Shown: positions 13,859 to 27,400, counted from the first letter of the stretch. The stretch is 64,000 nucleotides of DNA from Cercozoa sp. M6MM (GCA_040357565.1 JBDODJ010000005.1), one strand, 5' to 3'. Made by a program: numbers and translations. The notes: generated by a model from the sequence alone, not told the origin.

Positions 13859-14132
13859 GGTCGGCGTTGTCTGCTCCTTGCCCGTCCAGCCGATCCAACT
13901 GAACACTTATTCACGTGTTTAGTTTTTAATCCGAAAAAAAAAACTAAATTTGACTAACCGTAACTTAAATCGACGCGAATCAAAACAGCCGAGCATTTCG
14001 TTCAGTTTAATTAAATCAAGCGGAGAAAATTGACGCGGGTCTAAACGACGGCTCTTATCGAATTCGCGCCATCCGATCACATGAGTGGCCAGTTTGACAA
14101 CCTTCGTCCAGTTCCGATTGGGGTCGTTAAAC

Positions 14133-15366
14133 TCAGTCGAAAACGAGTTCGCCATCCTCGAAATCCGATTCGACGGCGACTGGCTGTGGTAGGAAGCTGA
14201 AACTCGACGCATCGAGTAGCGTCGTCTTGTTGAGTCCCTACGAGAGGAGACACAGTGTGGTTGCATATGATAGACAAACTCAATAGACTCAAACAAAGAA
14301 AGGGTGGTACAAAGGAGATCATGTAGTGCTGTTGAAACAAGTGGAATTCTTCGAATTCGTCAAAGATCTCTCTCGTGGCAGCGTGTCGCGTCAGTTCGGC
14401 AGGCAAGTAGTCGCTCGACACGCTGTTCATGTCTCCTGCCAGGTAACGGATAGGACGAGTATAACGTGTGTCAAAGGGAAGGGACGGCAGCAGACAGCAA
14501 GGTACTGGCATGCACGTGCTGGAATCCAGCGTCGCGGAGTCGCTGCTGTTGCGACACGAGCGTCGGAAACGCCAGGTAACTCGGCAGTTCGATTCCGCGC
14601 TGTTGCCGCAGATTCTCACGCATCGTGCGTCCGAACGGCGTCTCTGGCAGGATCTGGGAGTGTGTGTGTATGTCAGGGAGAAAGTGGGCAAAGATAGTAA
14701 GAGCGTAGAGGATCGAACCTGCTCGTAGATAGCGATGGCACTTTCGTCCATGGAGCCGGCGAACTCGAGCCACTTCCTGGAGTGTTCCACTTGCATGTAG
14801 ATAAAGACGCACTCACTCAGAAACAGAGTCGGCAGCGACGTGTCCAAACCGGCGTCCAGTAGTGCCTGCTTGCATTGCTCGAACTGCGCCAGGTCGCCTG
14901 CGCACAGTCGGTACCGCTCGTCGCGCACACTGTCCTGACCGAACTCGACGCGGTCGGTCAGGTGCTCGCGCAGTGCGCTGCCGCTGGCGTCCTGAGCCGT
15001 CAGCAGCGACACCTTGTGCTGAGTCATGCGCGCAAAGTCGATTTCGAACATGCGGAACATGCGCTTGCTTGTTTTGCTCTACGTGCACACATTATAACAT
15101 ACAAGCACACACACATACACATATGTATACACATACACAATACTATATGGTATACGGAGTGTGTGTAGATAAACACTACGTATTTTCGGGCGAGTCGAAA
15201 GTACAGCGAGTCCAAGCCGGCGCCCAGAGACACAATCTGCGTCGGCGAGTTGGTCGACTCGATGAACTCGCAGCACAGACGCTCAAAGGCGGCGACACGC
15301 ACAAAGTAGCCGCGGTTGATCACCGGGGCCCTACCTCACTTGATAGGTATCGGACACTCCTCGGTC

Positions 15367-15419
<53 letters not shown>

Positions 15420-15429
15420 NNNNNNNNNN

Positions 15430-15479
<50 letters not shown>

Positions 15480-15645
15480 AAGAGAGAGAACACAGAACGC
15501 ACCGTTTCGCCTTCTGTCGCGCCAGGTGTTGAATGAACGGGTCGTCGATGTAGCCCTTGGCAGCACATGAGACCTTGCACAACAGGGCGTCGTTTGCCGT
15601 GTTTTGCACCACACCTGGCGGCGATGTCTCGCTGACGTCCGACAT
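14133..15645 (-). CDS. LCMT1: leucine carboxyl methyltransferase 1 (PP2A methyltransferase, Ppm1)
   Basis: VQNTANDALLCKVSCAAKGYIDDPF, APVINRGYFVR, QIVSLGAGLDSLYFRL, PTLFLSECVFIYM, EIFDEFEEF..QHY. Confidence 0.95.
15370..15476 (+). repeat. (GA)n microsatellite with an N gap in LCMT1 intron 1
   Basis: Seen directly. Confidence 0.95.
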
Positions 15646-15919
15646 CTCACTTAAGTCGGTATTCACGCACCGCTGCTTACAATGGTTACTCTAACAGGCA
15701 CGGGTCGGCTTGCAAAACTTGATCAATTTTTGATTCGGAGTTTGGAGAGTCGATGGCACTATGGCAAGAAGGCGAGTGAAACGCTGCAAATTTTTAGCAG
15801 TTGAGAATAAAAGGCATTTAAGTGGTTGACAGCACGTAGAGAAATTATCGAGAGCTGAGTGGTTTTGCTAATTCTTTTTTCCGCCGGGTTTGCTTGATTT
15901 TTATCGTGCTTTTTGCAGC

Positions 15920-17849
15920 ATGAACTTTTTCGGGTTTGGCTTCGGTGACGGCAGGCAACAAGGTCACGGAGCAGTGGCAGCAGCGGCGCCAGCTGCGCCG
16001 GGTGCCTTCTCGCGCGCCTTCCGCGTACTTTCGATGGCCTTCTCGGAGAACACGGAACATCACCGGTATAGTGGACTCTCTGTTTGATAGTTTTGCTGTG
16101 TTAGACGCGCGTGTGTGCATGTAGGTTGGAGAATGGCGACAAAGTGGTGCTGCCGCAGTCAGCGATGCACACGCTGTCGCGACTCAACGTGCAGTACCCG
16201 ATCGTGTTCCGCGCGGAGACTGCCGACGGCACTCGGCACATCTACTGCGGCGTTATGGAGTTCACTGCCCCAGAGGTACACTGTTTTTGCGCAAATGAAA
16301 AGGTGGAAGGATAGATGGGAGTGGTAAACTGGTGGATCGCATGTAGGGCACGGTGTACATGCCGTACTGGATGATGCAAAACCTCCGCATCGACAACAGC
16401 GACTTGGTGCAGCTACAAAATGCATCGTTGAGCAAGGGCACTTTTGTGCAGTTTCAGGTACACCTGCTTTCTCCTTTTTTATCCTATATTATTTGAATGT
16501 GCTATGGACAGCCGCACGAGTACGAGTTCACGCAGCTGGCCAACCCAAAGGCAGTGCTGGAGCGCGCCATGCGTGCCTACACGGTGCTGACTCAGGGCAC
16601 CACGATCAAGATCCAGCACGCTGATCGGGACTACCTGATCGACGTCGTAGAGACTCGGTAGAATTTCCATGCTACCCCTTTAAACACTACCTTATGGTAC
16701 CAAATTATGCTGCAGGCCGGGTGACGCCGTCTCGGTGATTGAAACCGATCTTAACGTTGACTTTGCACCGCCCAAGGACATTGTAGTCTTCTCTAGATAT
16801 GGAAGGTCAGACCGTGTATATTCTCTTGTTTTGCACAGGCCATCCACGAGGCCAAGTGGAAGAAGGAGGCTGAGGCAAAGGCGGTACACTCAGTTAGCCC
16901 TGCCCCGCCTCTTTACCCTTCACCCCTTTATCCCTTTACCCCCCCCCCCCCGTAGAAAAAAGAACAAGAGAGTTCACACGAAGAAGACGACGCCGTTGCC
17001 AAAAAACAGGTGTGTCTTTTCTTAATCTATTCATTTGAATCTAATGTTTAATGTGTATGGGTGCGCAGGCCTACTTTTCCAAGTTCTCGGGTGGACACCG
17101 TCTCAGTGGCAACACTGTCGGCACGCCTATCGATGCCACCACCGCACAGGTAGACCCCTCTTCCTTTTGTCTATATGTGTATGCATTTATGTATATATAT
17201 CTGCAGAAGAAGAAACCGACGTTGCAGAGAACTACGGATTTGCGTGCCGTGCATCGACGTGCTCCTGGTACTTTCTTTACCCACCTTCTCCGTTATACAC
17301 CGCTTATCCCCCCCACACACACACACACACACACATACACACACACACACACACATACACACACACACACACACACAGCTGGCAAGAGTGCCACACGCAC
17401 GGAAGTTGTCGGCAAGATTCGTTACCATTACAGGTAGGAGTACCTTACCCTTCCCTTACTCTTCCTTACTCTTCCTTGCTCTTCCTTACTCTTCTTACTC
17501 TTTACCCCCCCCCCCCCCCCCCCCGCTCCACTCAGAGACGGCAAGGTCGTGCGCCGGGAGCGAATTGCCGAAAGCGAGGCACTCGGTCTCTCTTCTGGCT
17601 GGGGTACCCCACTCCTCTGTTATGCATACTCTCACTGAGGTAACATGTGTGTGTGTGTGTTTGTGTGTGTGTGTTGCAACTGGCACAGGCGAATCCAACC
17701 CGGGCTCAGCGACGGCGGCGCCCGTGAAAGCCTCAAAACGTGGTCTGCCGCTCGGTCGGCGTGCTGCCGCCTCGGCGAGGAAAACCGCGGCAACGACGTC
17801 ACAGCCGAAGAAGGATTGGCGCCAGTCCTCCGGTTACTCGCTGAAATAG
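15920..17849 (+). CDS. UFD1: ubiquitin fusion degradation protein 1 (p97/Cdc48 cofactor)
   Basis: [61 protein letters not shown]; SHP-box-like FSGGHRL. Confidence 0.93.
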
Positions 17850-18029
17850 ACCCCCGGCACGTCAGGTCCTTGCTACGATAGTCGAGCTTCCCAGCTTCAA
17901 GTTGCAACTGTAATTGTCCCCAGCGCAGTTCGTTAGTTCAATCTATAGATAGGACTGCAGGGGAACTACTTAGTTGGTTTCCTCTAAGACTCAACTAACT
18001 ACTAGTCCTCGCATGCTAAATTTATCAGT

Positions 18030-19833
18030 GGTTATAGATGTCCAGTCTCATTTATGATTTTGTCGTTGCCTCATCCGTATCCAGCTTCAGCTTCCTTGAA
18101 ACTGCGCCATCGATGGCGTGCGGATATCGGTCAGTCAGTCATATGCATATCACAGTCAATCCATACTATGGACGTTCAGTTACATCGAGTCAGTTCACAC
18201 CAAGCCATACAGAGTCGGGACAAGCGACAGTTCCGTGCGTCTGCTCCAAACCTGCAAAAACATTGCGATTTCGTCGGTGAACTCCAACACAGCTTGCTGA
18301 ATGTCGTCGTACACCCCCTCGTGCTCGCTGTCAAGCGAAGGTTTATCACGCTGCAAGACCCCCCTCCATTCTTGCAATCACAATACCTGAAAACGGAGTC
18401 ATTGCGCGCCGCACGCAAGTCGTCCAGTTCTGCAACCAATGGTCGCAATAAGAGGTCACAAGACAAAGTCGTTGTTTCTCCAGACGGCAGATAGAACGAC
18501 ATCTCGGATTTCAGCAACCTCTCGCGCAGTTCTTTCGTCGGAATTGCAGAGTACTGAGCCAAAAACCAAACATGCTAGCGAACAGACCCAAATGAAACCG
18601 GAAAAAGCAGAAAACAACTTACAAGAGCAAACAAGGCGAAGATACGGCCACTAAAACTGCGCTTGTCTGTTCGCAAGGTGTCTGCACTCTGCAAGATCTT
18701 CTGCAGCAACCAGTCGGGCTGCAGCTCGTACAGAAACGCAACGTGTCGCGCCACGAGACCCCAAGCAACGGGCCGAAAACTCTTCTTCCAGGCACTGTTG
18801 CGAAAGATGTGAAAGTGCAGCAGCTCGAAGCCGCTGGTGTCGTTCACGCCCGTCGGTGGCCGCAGTTTCTGCCGCAGCGAGTCCTTGAACTCGTAAATCT
18901 CATTCAGCACGCTGCCGATTCGATCGATGTCATCGGAGCACGCGCACTTGGCAATCTCATGCAGTGACGGCAACTCAAAACGCGACACCGCGCCGTGAAA
19001 TGCGTCCGACTCGTCAGCAGCTGCCTCTCTCAGACGAGCAAACAGGTGCGCGTACAAGTCTCTCTCAAACTCGTTCGGTCGCTGCAGAATCGACACCGTG
19101 ATATCGCCTGTCAGATACATCCATGCAACCCTAGTGCGGTCAAACTAGTGGTCAGATTACTTGTCCAGCGGAAAGTGGACCACCCCCCCCCCCCCAGAGG
19201 TACTGACAGGTACCCGGAGAGGCAGCAACGCACGTGAGCCAGCCGTCGAGCGCAGTGACTGAGCGTGCTGACGACATCAAACTGAGTCGAGGCAACCAGC
19301 GCTTGTTGTCAAGACGAATCAACGCCGCTTGCTGCACTCGCGTCATCTGTCCGACCGCTTGGTACAAGAAAACCGGGAATTCGGACACGAGCGACAGTTG
19401 TCTCGCCGTGTGCCGCGTGCCCTCACCTGCGCGGAAAAATACCATTGCAAACACTATTGGAACTTGACAAAACGGAATGAAACGTAAATTTACCATCACG
19501 ATCGTCGAATGAAGGCGGAAGAACCAAAAAAGGAAACAAACACGCGGCGACAGGAACGGGATAGAGAGGAGACTGGACCCGAAGTCGTATGTGCCCATCG
19601 AACGCGTAGAGCAAGCAGTCCAACACGCGGTACAAGCGATCAAAGCGACCACGTGAAACCTGCAAGTTCTTTCCTGCCAGGCGGATCTTCTCAGCGGCAT
19701 CTGGGTCGATATCCGACAACGAGACCTTGCAGGCACGGAGCCACTCAAAGTCGATGGAGGCATCCACAGCGAGTTGCTTGAAAACACGCGTCATCAGCGC
19801 GACCACCTCATGCTCTTCTTGATTCTGCACCAT
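18030..19833 (-). CDS. hypothetical multi-exon protein
   Basis: Consecutive minus-strand ORFs (19423-19833, 19152-, 18575-19120, 18176-18562) linked by GT-AG introns; no family recognised. Confidence 0.5.
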
Positions 19834-20210
19834 ATCTTGCAGCCTCTACACGCCAAACTCTTCCGGTTTTGCAGCAGGAGAGGCTGCAGAAAGAAAAATA
19901 GCACATTCAGCATAAACCCAACACATTGTTATTAAAACAGACTCGTACCCTGCGATCGCGACTCCGCGCAACTCTCTGCGAATTTACAACAAGACTGAGT
20001 TCAATTGAGTGACCAGAAAGTGTGCAAACAGCAGACATCTGTCCTGAGAAACTTGTACGAATAAATATTTGAAACTGATTGACGTAACCAGGCCTGCCGC
20101 TCTGAGGACCTACTTTAGAGCAGTTTCTCATTCAGCGCAAGTAGCTGTGGTAACAGACTCACGCAAAACTGTGCGCAGTAGCAAAAGGCGACAACGACGA
20201 CTCAGCGAAC

Positions 20211-21155
20211 TTACTCGTTCGAGAGAGCGTACATCTGCATCGGCGACATCTGGTACGAGTTCTCGGCCCAGGTGTCCGGCGACAGGAAGGTCGACGTCTT
20301 GGACAGAGCGTTGTACGTGGCACCGAGCACGTTGCCGACGGTGCGCGTCGAGCCGCGCGACGACGTGTAGACGTCCTTGACACCGGCGAAGGCGAGGATC
20401 TTCTTCGGCACCGGCGAGGCGACGAGGCCCGTACCCTGCGGGGCCGGGATGAGGCGCATGCGGACCGAACCGCACTTGCCCGTCACCTTGGTCGGCACGG
20501 TGTGCGGCTTGCCGAACACCGGGCCCCAGTAGCCGAGCTTGACCGGGATCAGGTTGGTCTTGGCGTTGTCCGTGGCACCGCGGATGGCGAGCGTCGTCTC
20601 CTTGGCGCACTTCGAGCCGAAGCCGACGTGGCCGTTCTTGTCACCGACGATAACGAAGGCCTTGAAGCGCGTGCGCTGACCAGCCGAGGTCTGCTTCTGC
20701 ACCGGCATGATCTTGATCAGCTCGTCCTTGATACCCGGGACCAGCTTGTCCACGATCTGGTGCTCCTTGATCGGGAGGGCGAAGTGGAACACCTGCATCA
20801 CACACAGAGAAATCACAAAAACCATCACACGACATCTCACACAGAAGACAACACAGAAAATACACAACAATCCCACAACACAAAACGCACCTGGTCAATC
20901 GTCTTGATGTGACCGGCAGCGACCAGACGGCCGAGCTTGGTGAGCGGCGTCCACTCCTTACCGCGACGCGGGCCGCCCTTCTTCTTGTTGAAACCACCCT
21001 TGTGTCCTGCACAAGCGGGAAAACATACTCAGCACACCAGAACCTCACCGCACGCACACACCAATGTCGACCAATTTCGAGTGCAACCGCATGCGGCGAA
21101 AAATCACGACAAACGCGCAAAATTTGGGCATAGTGACAGGAAGCATACCAGACAT
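20211..21155 (-). CDS. RPS2: 40S ribosomal protein S2 (uS5); introns ~21008-21148 and 20793-20890
   Basis: MSG|[66 protein letters not shown]. Confidence 0.97.
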
Positions 21156-21415
21156 TATTGAACCACAGATTTAATTGCCACGCAGCACAATTTGTGTCGG
21201 TGTGAGGCTTGGGGAATTTCTTTAATATTTTTTCCGACCGGGTCCATTTGTGCCTGTCTGAGCGCTCCGCTTTTCTTGTGCTAAACGCATCTATGGACGG
21301 GCTGGAGCGTGTTCTGCCAAATATTACAGGGTGGCTGGCCGTGCAGATCGCCTGTAGCGAGCGATAAGTTTGCTCGTTGGAAGTTGGGACACAACGCCAC
21401 ACCTCCCAACTTCGC

Positions 21416-24400
21416 ATGAGCGCAGCGACAGCGATAGCTCGCACGGCCGGCGAGAAGGAGGTGTGCACTGCATTATACATTTGTGCCGTTGTTTACGCGT
21501 TATTATGTGTCTGTAAAGGCGGTGCAACAAGCCCTGTCGCTGCTGCCGGCGTTGACTGACCTGTCGCTGCCTGCGCTGACTGAAGAGGTCGAAGAGGAGG
21601 TGAGTCTACCCACTGTGGCTACTTCTTGTCTGCGAATGTGTCTATTTGTACAGTACGAAAGCGAGATCGAAAGCGAGTGGGAAACCGTGTCGGAAAGCAG
21701 CGAGGAAGAGGATGACACTGCCGGTATGTTGGTGTGTATTCATGCCTGTCTGTATGTTTGTATGTTTGTCTGTGGGGGTGCGCAGGCCACACACTGAGCA
21801 CAACGCAAAGCACTGCATCAGGCAGTGCCAGTGTCAGTGCGAACAAGGCTGTCGGTGACACTGCCGAAGGTACTGCCGAAGGTACTGCCGACAACGAGCA
21901 GCGGCAGCAGGAGGAAGAGGACGAGGAAGAAGAGGCCGGTCTGCGACACACCTCGCTCGTCGAACTCGAGGGTACTCACCCCTTTACCCTGTACTCCCCT
22001 TTACTCCTTTTACCCCTCCCTCAGAGAAGAGAAAGCACACGCTGCGGCGTCGCTCTGCCCCGGCGCAGGTGCACGTGACGCCGCTCCCTGGCGACGACGT
22101 CACGGATGTCACCACGGTGTGTCGCTCTTTTGTTTGCCCCACCCCCTTACCCGCCTGTTTATCCCTTTGCTCCTCGCCAGACACACACGCACGCGATGAG
22201 TCACATTCCGCTGCAGTCGACGGCGTCGGTCGTCGCCGAGGCGCGTGCGAGTTTCCATTACGAGGTGCTGCCGGAGTCGCCCAATGTGGCCTCGCCTGCC
22301 AATAGTCCTTCGCCTAGGTATGTGCTGCTTTCCCCTTTACCCCTACCCTTTACCCCTTATCCCTACCCTTTACCCTTACCCCCTACCCCTACCCTTTACC
22401 CTTACCCCTACCCTTTACCCCACCTGTTCTTCTAGACGATCACCCGGACGGACGCCACGGACGTTCAAGCGTGTACCACGAACTACCAAGGTATTTAACC
22501 CCCCACCCTTTACCCCTTACCCCTTACCCCCACCCTTTACCCCCACCCCTCTCCACAGCGGCCTTCGCGTCGCGGTCGCGGTTTGTTCGCCAACGTTGTC
22601 GACGACGACGTGTCGCCTCTGCCGGTACACACACACGCACCCTTAATTTGTCCCACTTGGTGTCCGCATGGACCGTCACAATCGGACTGTGGTTTTGTTA
22701 AGGACGCGTCGACTGCGGTGCACTCCTTGCTGACGCCGCAGGCCGTGCAGCGACGCGAGGCGAAAGCGGCGGTACAACACGCTTGTCTGTGCGGACACAT
22801 TGGTTCTCTGTGGGCGCACTTGTCTGGTGGACACACTTGTTCACTGTATCTGCAGGTACGCCGAAAGTCGCCGAAACTGCCGCTCGCTGAGATGGACAAA
22901 AACTCGGCCTCGGAGGGTCAGCAAGGTATCTACCTCCTCTTACCCCTGTCCCTCTCACCCCTTGCCCCGTCTTACCTCTGCCCCATCTTACCCCTGCCCC
23001 ATCTTACCCCCTGCCCCATCTTACCGCCTGCTCCTCTTACCCTTTAACCCCTATCCCCCCAGTGGTACGTGTGACGGAGACAAGACCGGCACCGCGCACG
23101 CAGACAGAGCGGTAGTTTTACCCCCCCCCCCCCCCCGGGGGCGAGTACGTGCGTGACCCAAGTGACCCAAGTGATGACTGTGACTACTGGACAGGTGGGT
23201 GCGGCATATGGAGCAGCAGCAGTGGCAGCGAAACGCGGCACGTGCGCGCGCTTCGCTCAGTTCACAGCAGCAGCAGCACGTGCATCAGCGGCACCGCGAG
23301 GCACATCTGCGCAGTCACGTGGTAGCTCATTGCCCCCACCCTCATCACCCGGTCCCTCTTGCCCCTCCCCTTTGCAGATTTAGCCCCCCCCCCCCCCCAG
23401 CAGACGCAGGAGGACGGAGCCACAGGTTTATCCGTGGATATCGACGTGCCGCGCGTGGAACCGCTGCGCGACCCGCTCGTTTCGGAGTCGCTGCCGTCGC
23501 ATGGGTCGCCTCACATACCTGAGGTTGCCCCTCTCCCTTACTCCTTACTCCTGACCTCTTCTTATTTCCTTGACTCTACCCCTTTTCCCCACTTACCCTT
23601 CCCCTTACCCTTGCCCCCCTCCCAGATCTACGACGACTTTGACCACGAGGAGCGAAGTGACTCGTCCGACAGCGACGGTGTCAATGATGGCGATCGCATC
23701 AGTGATCACAAGAGTGATCACAGTGACCGCAAGAGTGATCGCAGTGATCGCAAGGATGATCGCAGTGATCGCAAGAGTGATCGCGGCGGGGACGGTGACA
23801 GGGACGACGTGCACGACACCGTCTACGGCGACCGCAGCGACATTGAGCTGCCCGACATGGACATGCACTCGGTACCCCTTACCCCCCCCCCCCCCCGCCC
23901 ACGTCACACTTTCTACCCCTATGCCCCGTATCCTCTGACTGTAGGATATTGACATTGACATGCCGCCGACCTTTGACGAGCACATCCGCGTGGACACAAA
24001 AAACAACGATAGCGACAACGCTGATCTGCCTTCGATCGATATGCCCGACTACGACGTGTCTGAGGAGGTTTGCCCCTCCTCACCCTCCTCGCCCTCCTCA
24101 CCCTTCCTAGCCGATATCCTTGTTTGTTTGTAGGAACGAATAGAGCCAGCAGAGTCGGTGAAACAAGAGCCAGCAGAACCGTATTATTTTGGCTCTTTTC
24201 GTATGTTTGTATATTGGACAGTAACGCACCCTTAACTAAAGCAGGGAGGATGTGCCGCTGTCGCCGAAAAAAGAAGCCGACGAAGCGAAAACTAAGCCGA
24301 AAAAACGCTCACGTCGCGTCAAAAAAACACCGCTCGATTTTGTCAATGTGACCGATACTCCACGTGGTACAACATTACCCATCACCCCCCCCCCCCCATT

Positions 24401-25303
24401 TTACTCGACCTGCGCAGACTCGAACGGCCGGAGACGGAGCACGGTGCGCTGTCCCAGGGAGGTTAAGGAGATAAATGGCACGTGTATGTGTGCAGAGGAA
24501 CCGGCAGCCGCCGCTGCGGTACTGGCTCAATGAGAAGCCCGTGTACCAGCGCACCTTCGAAGGCATGGGCACGCTGCTGCCGACTGTACAGTCCATCGGT
24601 GCCCACTGTTTCTTCCCTTCCTCTGTATCTCAATCTTTCTATCCCTATTTGCTCTTCTGGTCTGTCAGAGCTGCTCTCGGTGGTCGATCTCACCAACGAC
24701 AGCGATGACGACGATAAACGACCGCGGAAGAAACGCCGCAAGACTGTCCAAAAGAAACCGACAGCGACGGCCAAGCCGAAAAAGAAGAAAACAACAGCGA
24801 AAGTCTCTGGCAAAACTGCCAAGTCTAAACGGTCGAAAAACGCCAAAAACGACAAATCAGAACCAGTCGCGGCCAAAACGGCGAAAAAAGCGAAAGTTTC
24901 GACGAAAAAGCCGCGGAAAACACAAAAATCCAAGGGCAGGCCGCAGCAGGAGAAACAACGCAAAAGGCGTAACAAACCCAAGGAAGCAGGTGAGTTAAGC
25001 AGGTTGGGGGGGTGTTTCTCAGTTGGGGGTGCATTCGAATTATCTTGATTTGTTTTGTTTTTTCTTGTTGGCAGAAAAAGCGAACTGTGAGGCTGTTCTC
25101 GCCACGCGGATTGGACGTTACACGCATGATGGCACCTTGGAGCATGTCAACGAGAGTTTCTCGTCTCAAAGAGTGCCCGCTTTTTCGGTTCCAGTTCTTG
25201 TGTTCGTGTTTTGGACGTTTGTGTGTGTTAACAGGTACTGTGGCGACCGGCGGATTTGCCAAGAATGGCACCGCTCGGCGAAGAGTCGCAGGTGCCGGGA
25301 CGC

Positions 25304-25339
<36 letters not shown>

Positions 25340-26080
25340 TTGTTGTGTTGTGTTGTGTTGTGTTGTGTTGTGTTGTGTTGTGTTGTGTTGTTGTGTTGTG
25401 TTGTGTTGTGTTGATGTGTGTTGTGTGCAGGAGGAGCCGCGTCCCATGGCAGGCAAGGTGTTCTCCACAGCGCAGTTCGTAACAGGCAAGTTGCGACTTG
25501 TCCCGGGTGCCACTAAGGTCAAGGAACGGCCTCACTTCACAGGTACTTTTAGTGGTCAACACAAGGTTGTTGAAACATATCATTTGTCTGAGCAGAGATG
25601 TTCGTGGTAACTGAGGCATCGTCGCCGTGCCTGCAGGTCACCATGGAGGACGAGGTGCGCAACTGCGGTGCTCTCGACATGTTCTTTGTTCCGAGAGGAG
25701 TATCCTACTCACTGCGCAATACCTCTGAGGTGCAGCCATTGCTCTCTTTATCACCTAAATCCCCCAACCCCCTCTACTCCTTGTAGACGGAGACAGTGCT
25801 GCTGGACTTTGCGTTGTTCCCGTCCGGCCCGGCGGATCCGCACGAGGTGGTGGATTCCGACGAGTACAGCGATCACAGAGATGACAGTGAACATGACAGT
25901 GACGGTCAACATGACAGTGACGGTCAACATGACAGTGACAGTCAACATGACAGTGACGGTCAACATGACAGTGATCGCAGTGACCACAGTGAAAGACAAC
26001 CCAACGACCACGCTCAGGCTAAAGCGAACTTGAACGACAGTCTCGACGAAAGCGACTTTAGCGATTTAGATATTCTTTGA
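21416..26080 (+). CDS. CENPC: centromere protein C (CENP-C/Mif2) homologue, many exons
   Basis: Spliced CENP-C motif NGRRRST|RNRQPPLRYWLNEKPVY (~24420-24550) and C-terminal cupin FVTGKLRLVPGATK..FVV..VTM..MFFVPRGVSYSLRNTS; long disordered N-terminus whose inclusion in the same gene is inferred. Confidence 0.8.
25307..25412 (+). repeat. (TG)n followed by (TTGTG)n intronic microsatellite
   Basis: Seen directly. Confidence 0.9.
25889..25975 (+). repeat. 18-bp tandem repeat (CATGACAGTGACGGTCAA) encoding HDSDGQ, about 4-5 copies
   Basis: Seen directly in the CENP-C tail. Confidence 0.9.
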
Positions 26081-26359
26081 TCTGGACGTGGTTGTTTTCC
26101 ATTGCGTCGCGTTGGTTACCGTACATCCGGTCTAAGACCTAGTAGACAACGCGAGTGAAGCTTTCTTATGTAGCGTGGTACGGTAGCGCAGGTTTAACTA
26201 AGCCTGAGATTATGCTTCCGTCCGTAAATCACGGCTAGGCAGCAACGTGACGTAAATTTGGACCCGACCGGTGCTCTCTGAACTCGGAAATTCAGTTGCC
26301 ATCCAATGGAACGGAAATTGAACCGGTTGCAGGGGCCACCATCCTTCGTTTAATAAACT

Positions 26360-27400
26360 TCATGGGCTACGGTGCTTCGGTCGCATTAGGTAGTGCATCA
26401 AGAAGACAAAGAAGACAACGAATGCGGCAAAGGCGACAGTGCCACCTACACTACCTAGAGGTGAAGCACATCAGTTTACGACGGAGTGAAGGCTATTGTA
26501 CCGGCAATGGCACCGGCGGAGAGTCCACACTCTTCTGCTTTCATTGTGCTTGAGGACAATACTTCTGTTTGGGAGCAAGTGTAGATATAAATATTCACGC
26601 ATGTCACAAGGTGCGGGCACAAACCTCCCCGTACCATTCAGGTCGTCCCGACAGTCGAACGTGCTCGGAAGCGCATATTTTAGCCAAACCTGCGACCAAA
26701 AGAACTTAAAAAGCAAGCACCATGCTGTCACGCAAGTCAACAAACAATGATACATTATTCTTTTCTGCAACGACGCAGAAGGTTGAGACACCTGATGGAC
26801 GATCGCCAAATGGGAAGAACTTATGACAGCTCGCGCTGTAAAGTTATCGCACGATCACCTCAAAGATTCTCATTAAGCAAGCAACACATCAGACATCACT
26901 ACCGACAATTTGCGTTTTCAATCGATGGGCCACACTTGTCGACGATGCACTGTGATGTACTATTCTTGTGCTCGGCAAGGTTAGTAACATCTTCCTGCAG
27001 ATACAGCAAGATTATCTCTCGGCAAGGTTAGTAACGTCTTTACCTCGGACAAGTCAAGATCTAGAATTGACGAACGGCATTTGTCCGAGTATTCCGTGAT
27101 GTTGCCCTGCGCTGACATGCATTAAAGAACAAAAACACAACATCATGAAAAATACTACAGCAAAACGTACAGTTATGTCGAAAACAGGCACTAGATCCAT
27201 GCGACGATAGCACACGTGTGCTTGCACTTCTAATAACTCAAAAAAGTCGTGCCACTGTCTAAAACCCCTCTAATACATGAGTGTTTGACCACGACAGATT
27301 GCCTGCTGCATTGATGAAGAGACTGCTTGAGAAACGCTGAGGTTGACTCGCATTATTCCTTACATTCTCCGCACAGTCCGAGCTATGCCACACATGGAGC
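26360..27400 (-). CDS. Cys-rich single-pass membrane protein (hypothetical); 5' end uncertain
   Basis: Spliced C-terminus GLSAGAIA|GSVGGTVAFAAFVVFFVFLMHYLMRPKHRSP*; upstream exons are Cys-rich with N-glycosylation sequons (NIT, NST, NGT). Confidence 0.6.

Noticed and set aside
25889-25975. CRISPR-like array
   Set aside because: Contiguous in-frame coding repeat with no spacers and no cas genes, in a eukaryotic context.
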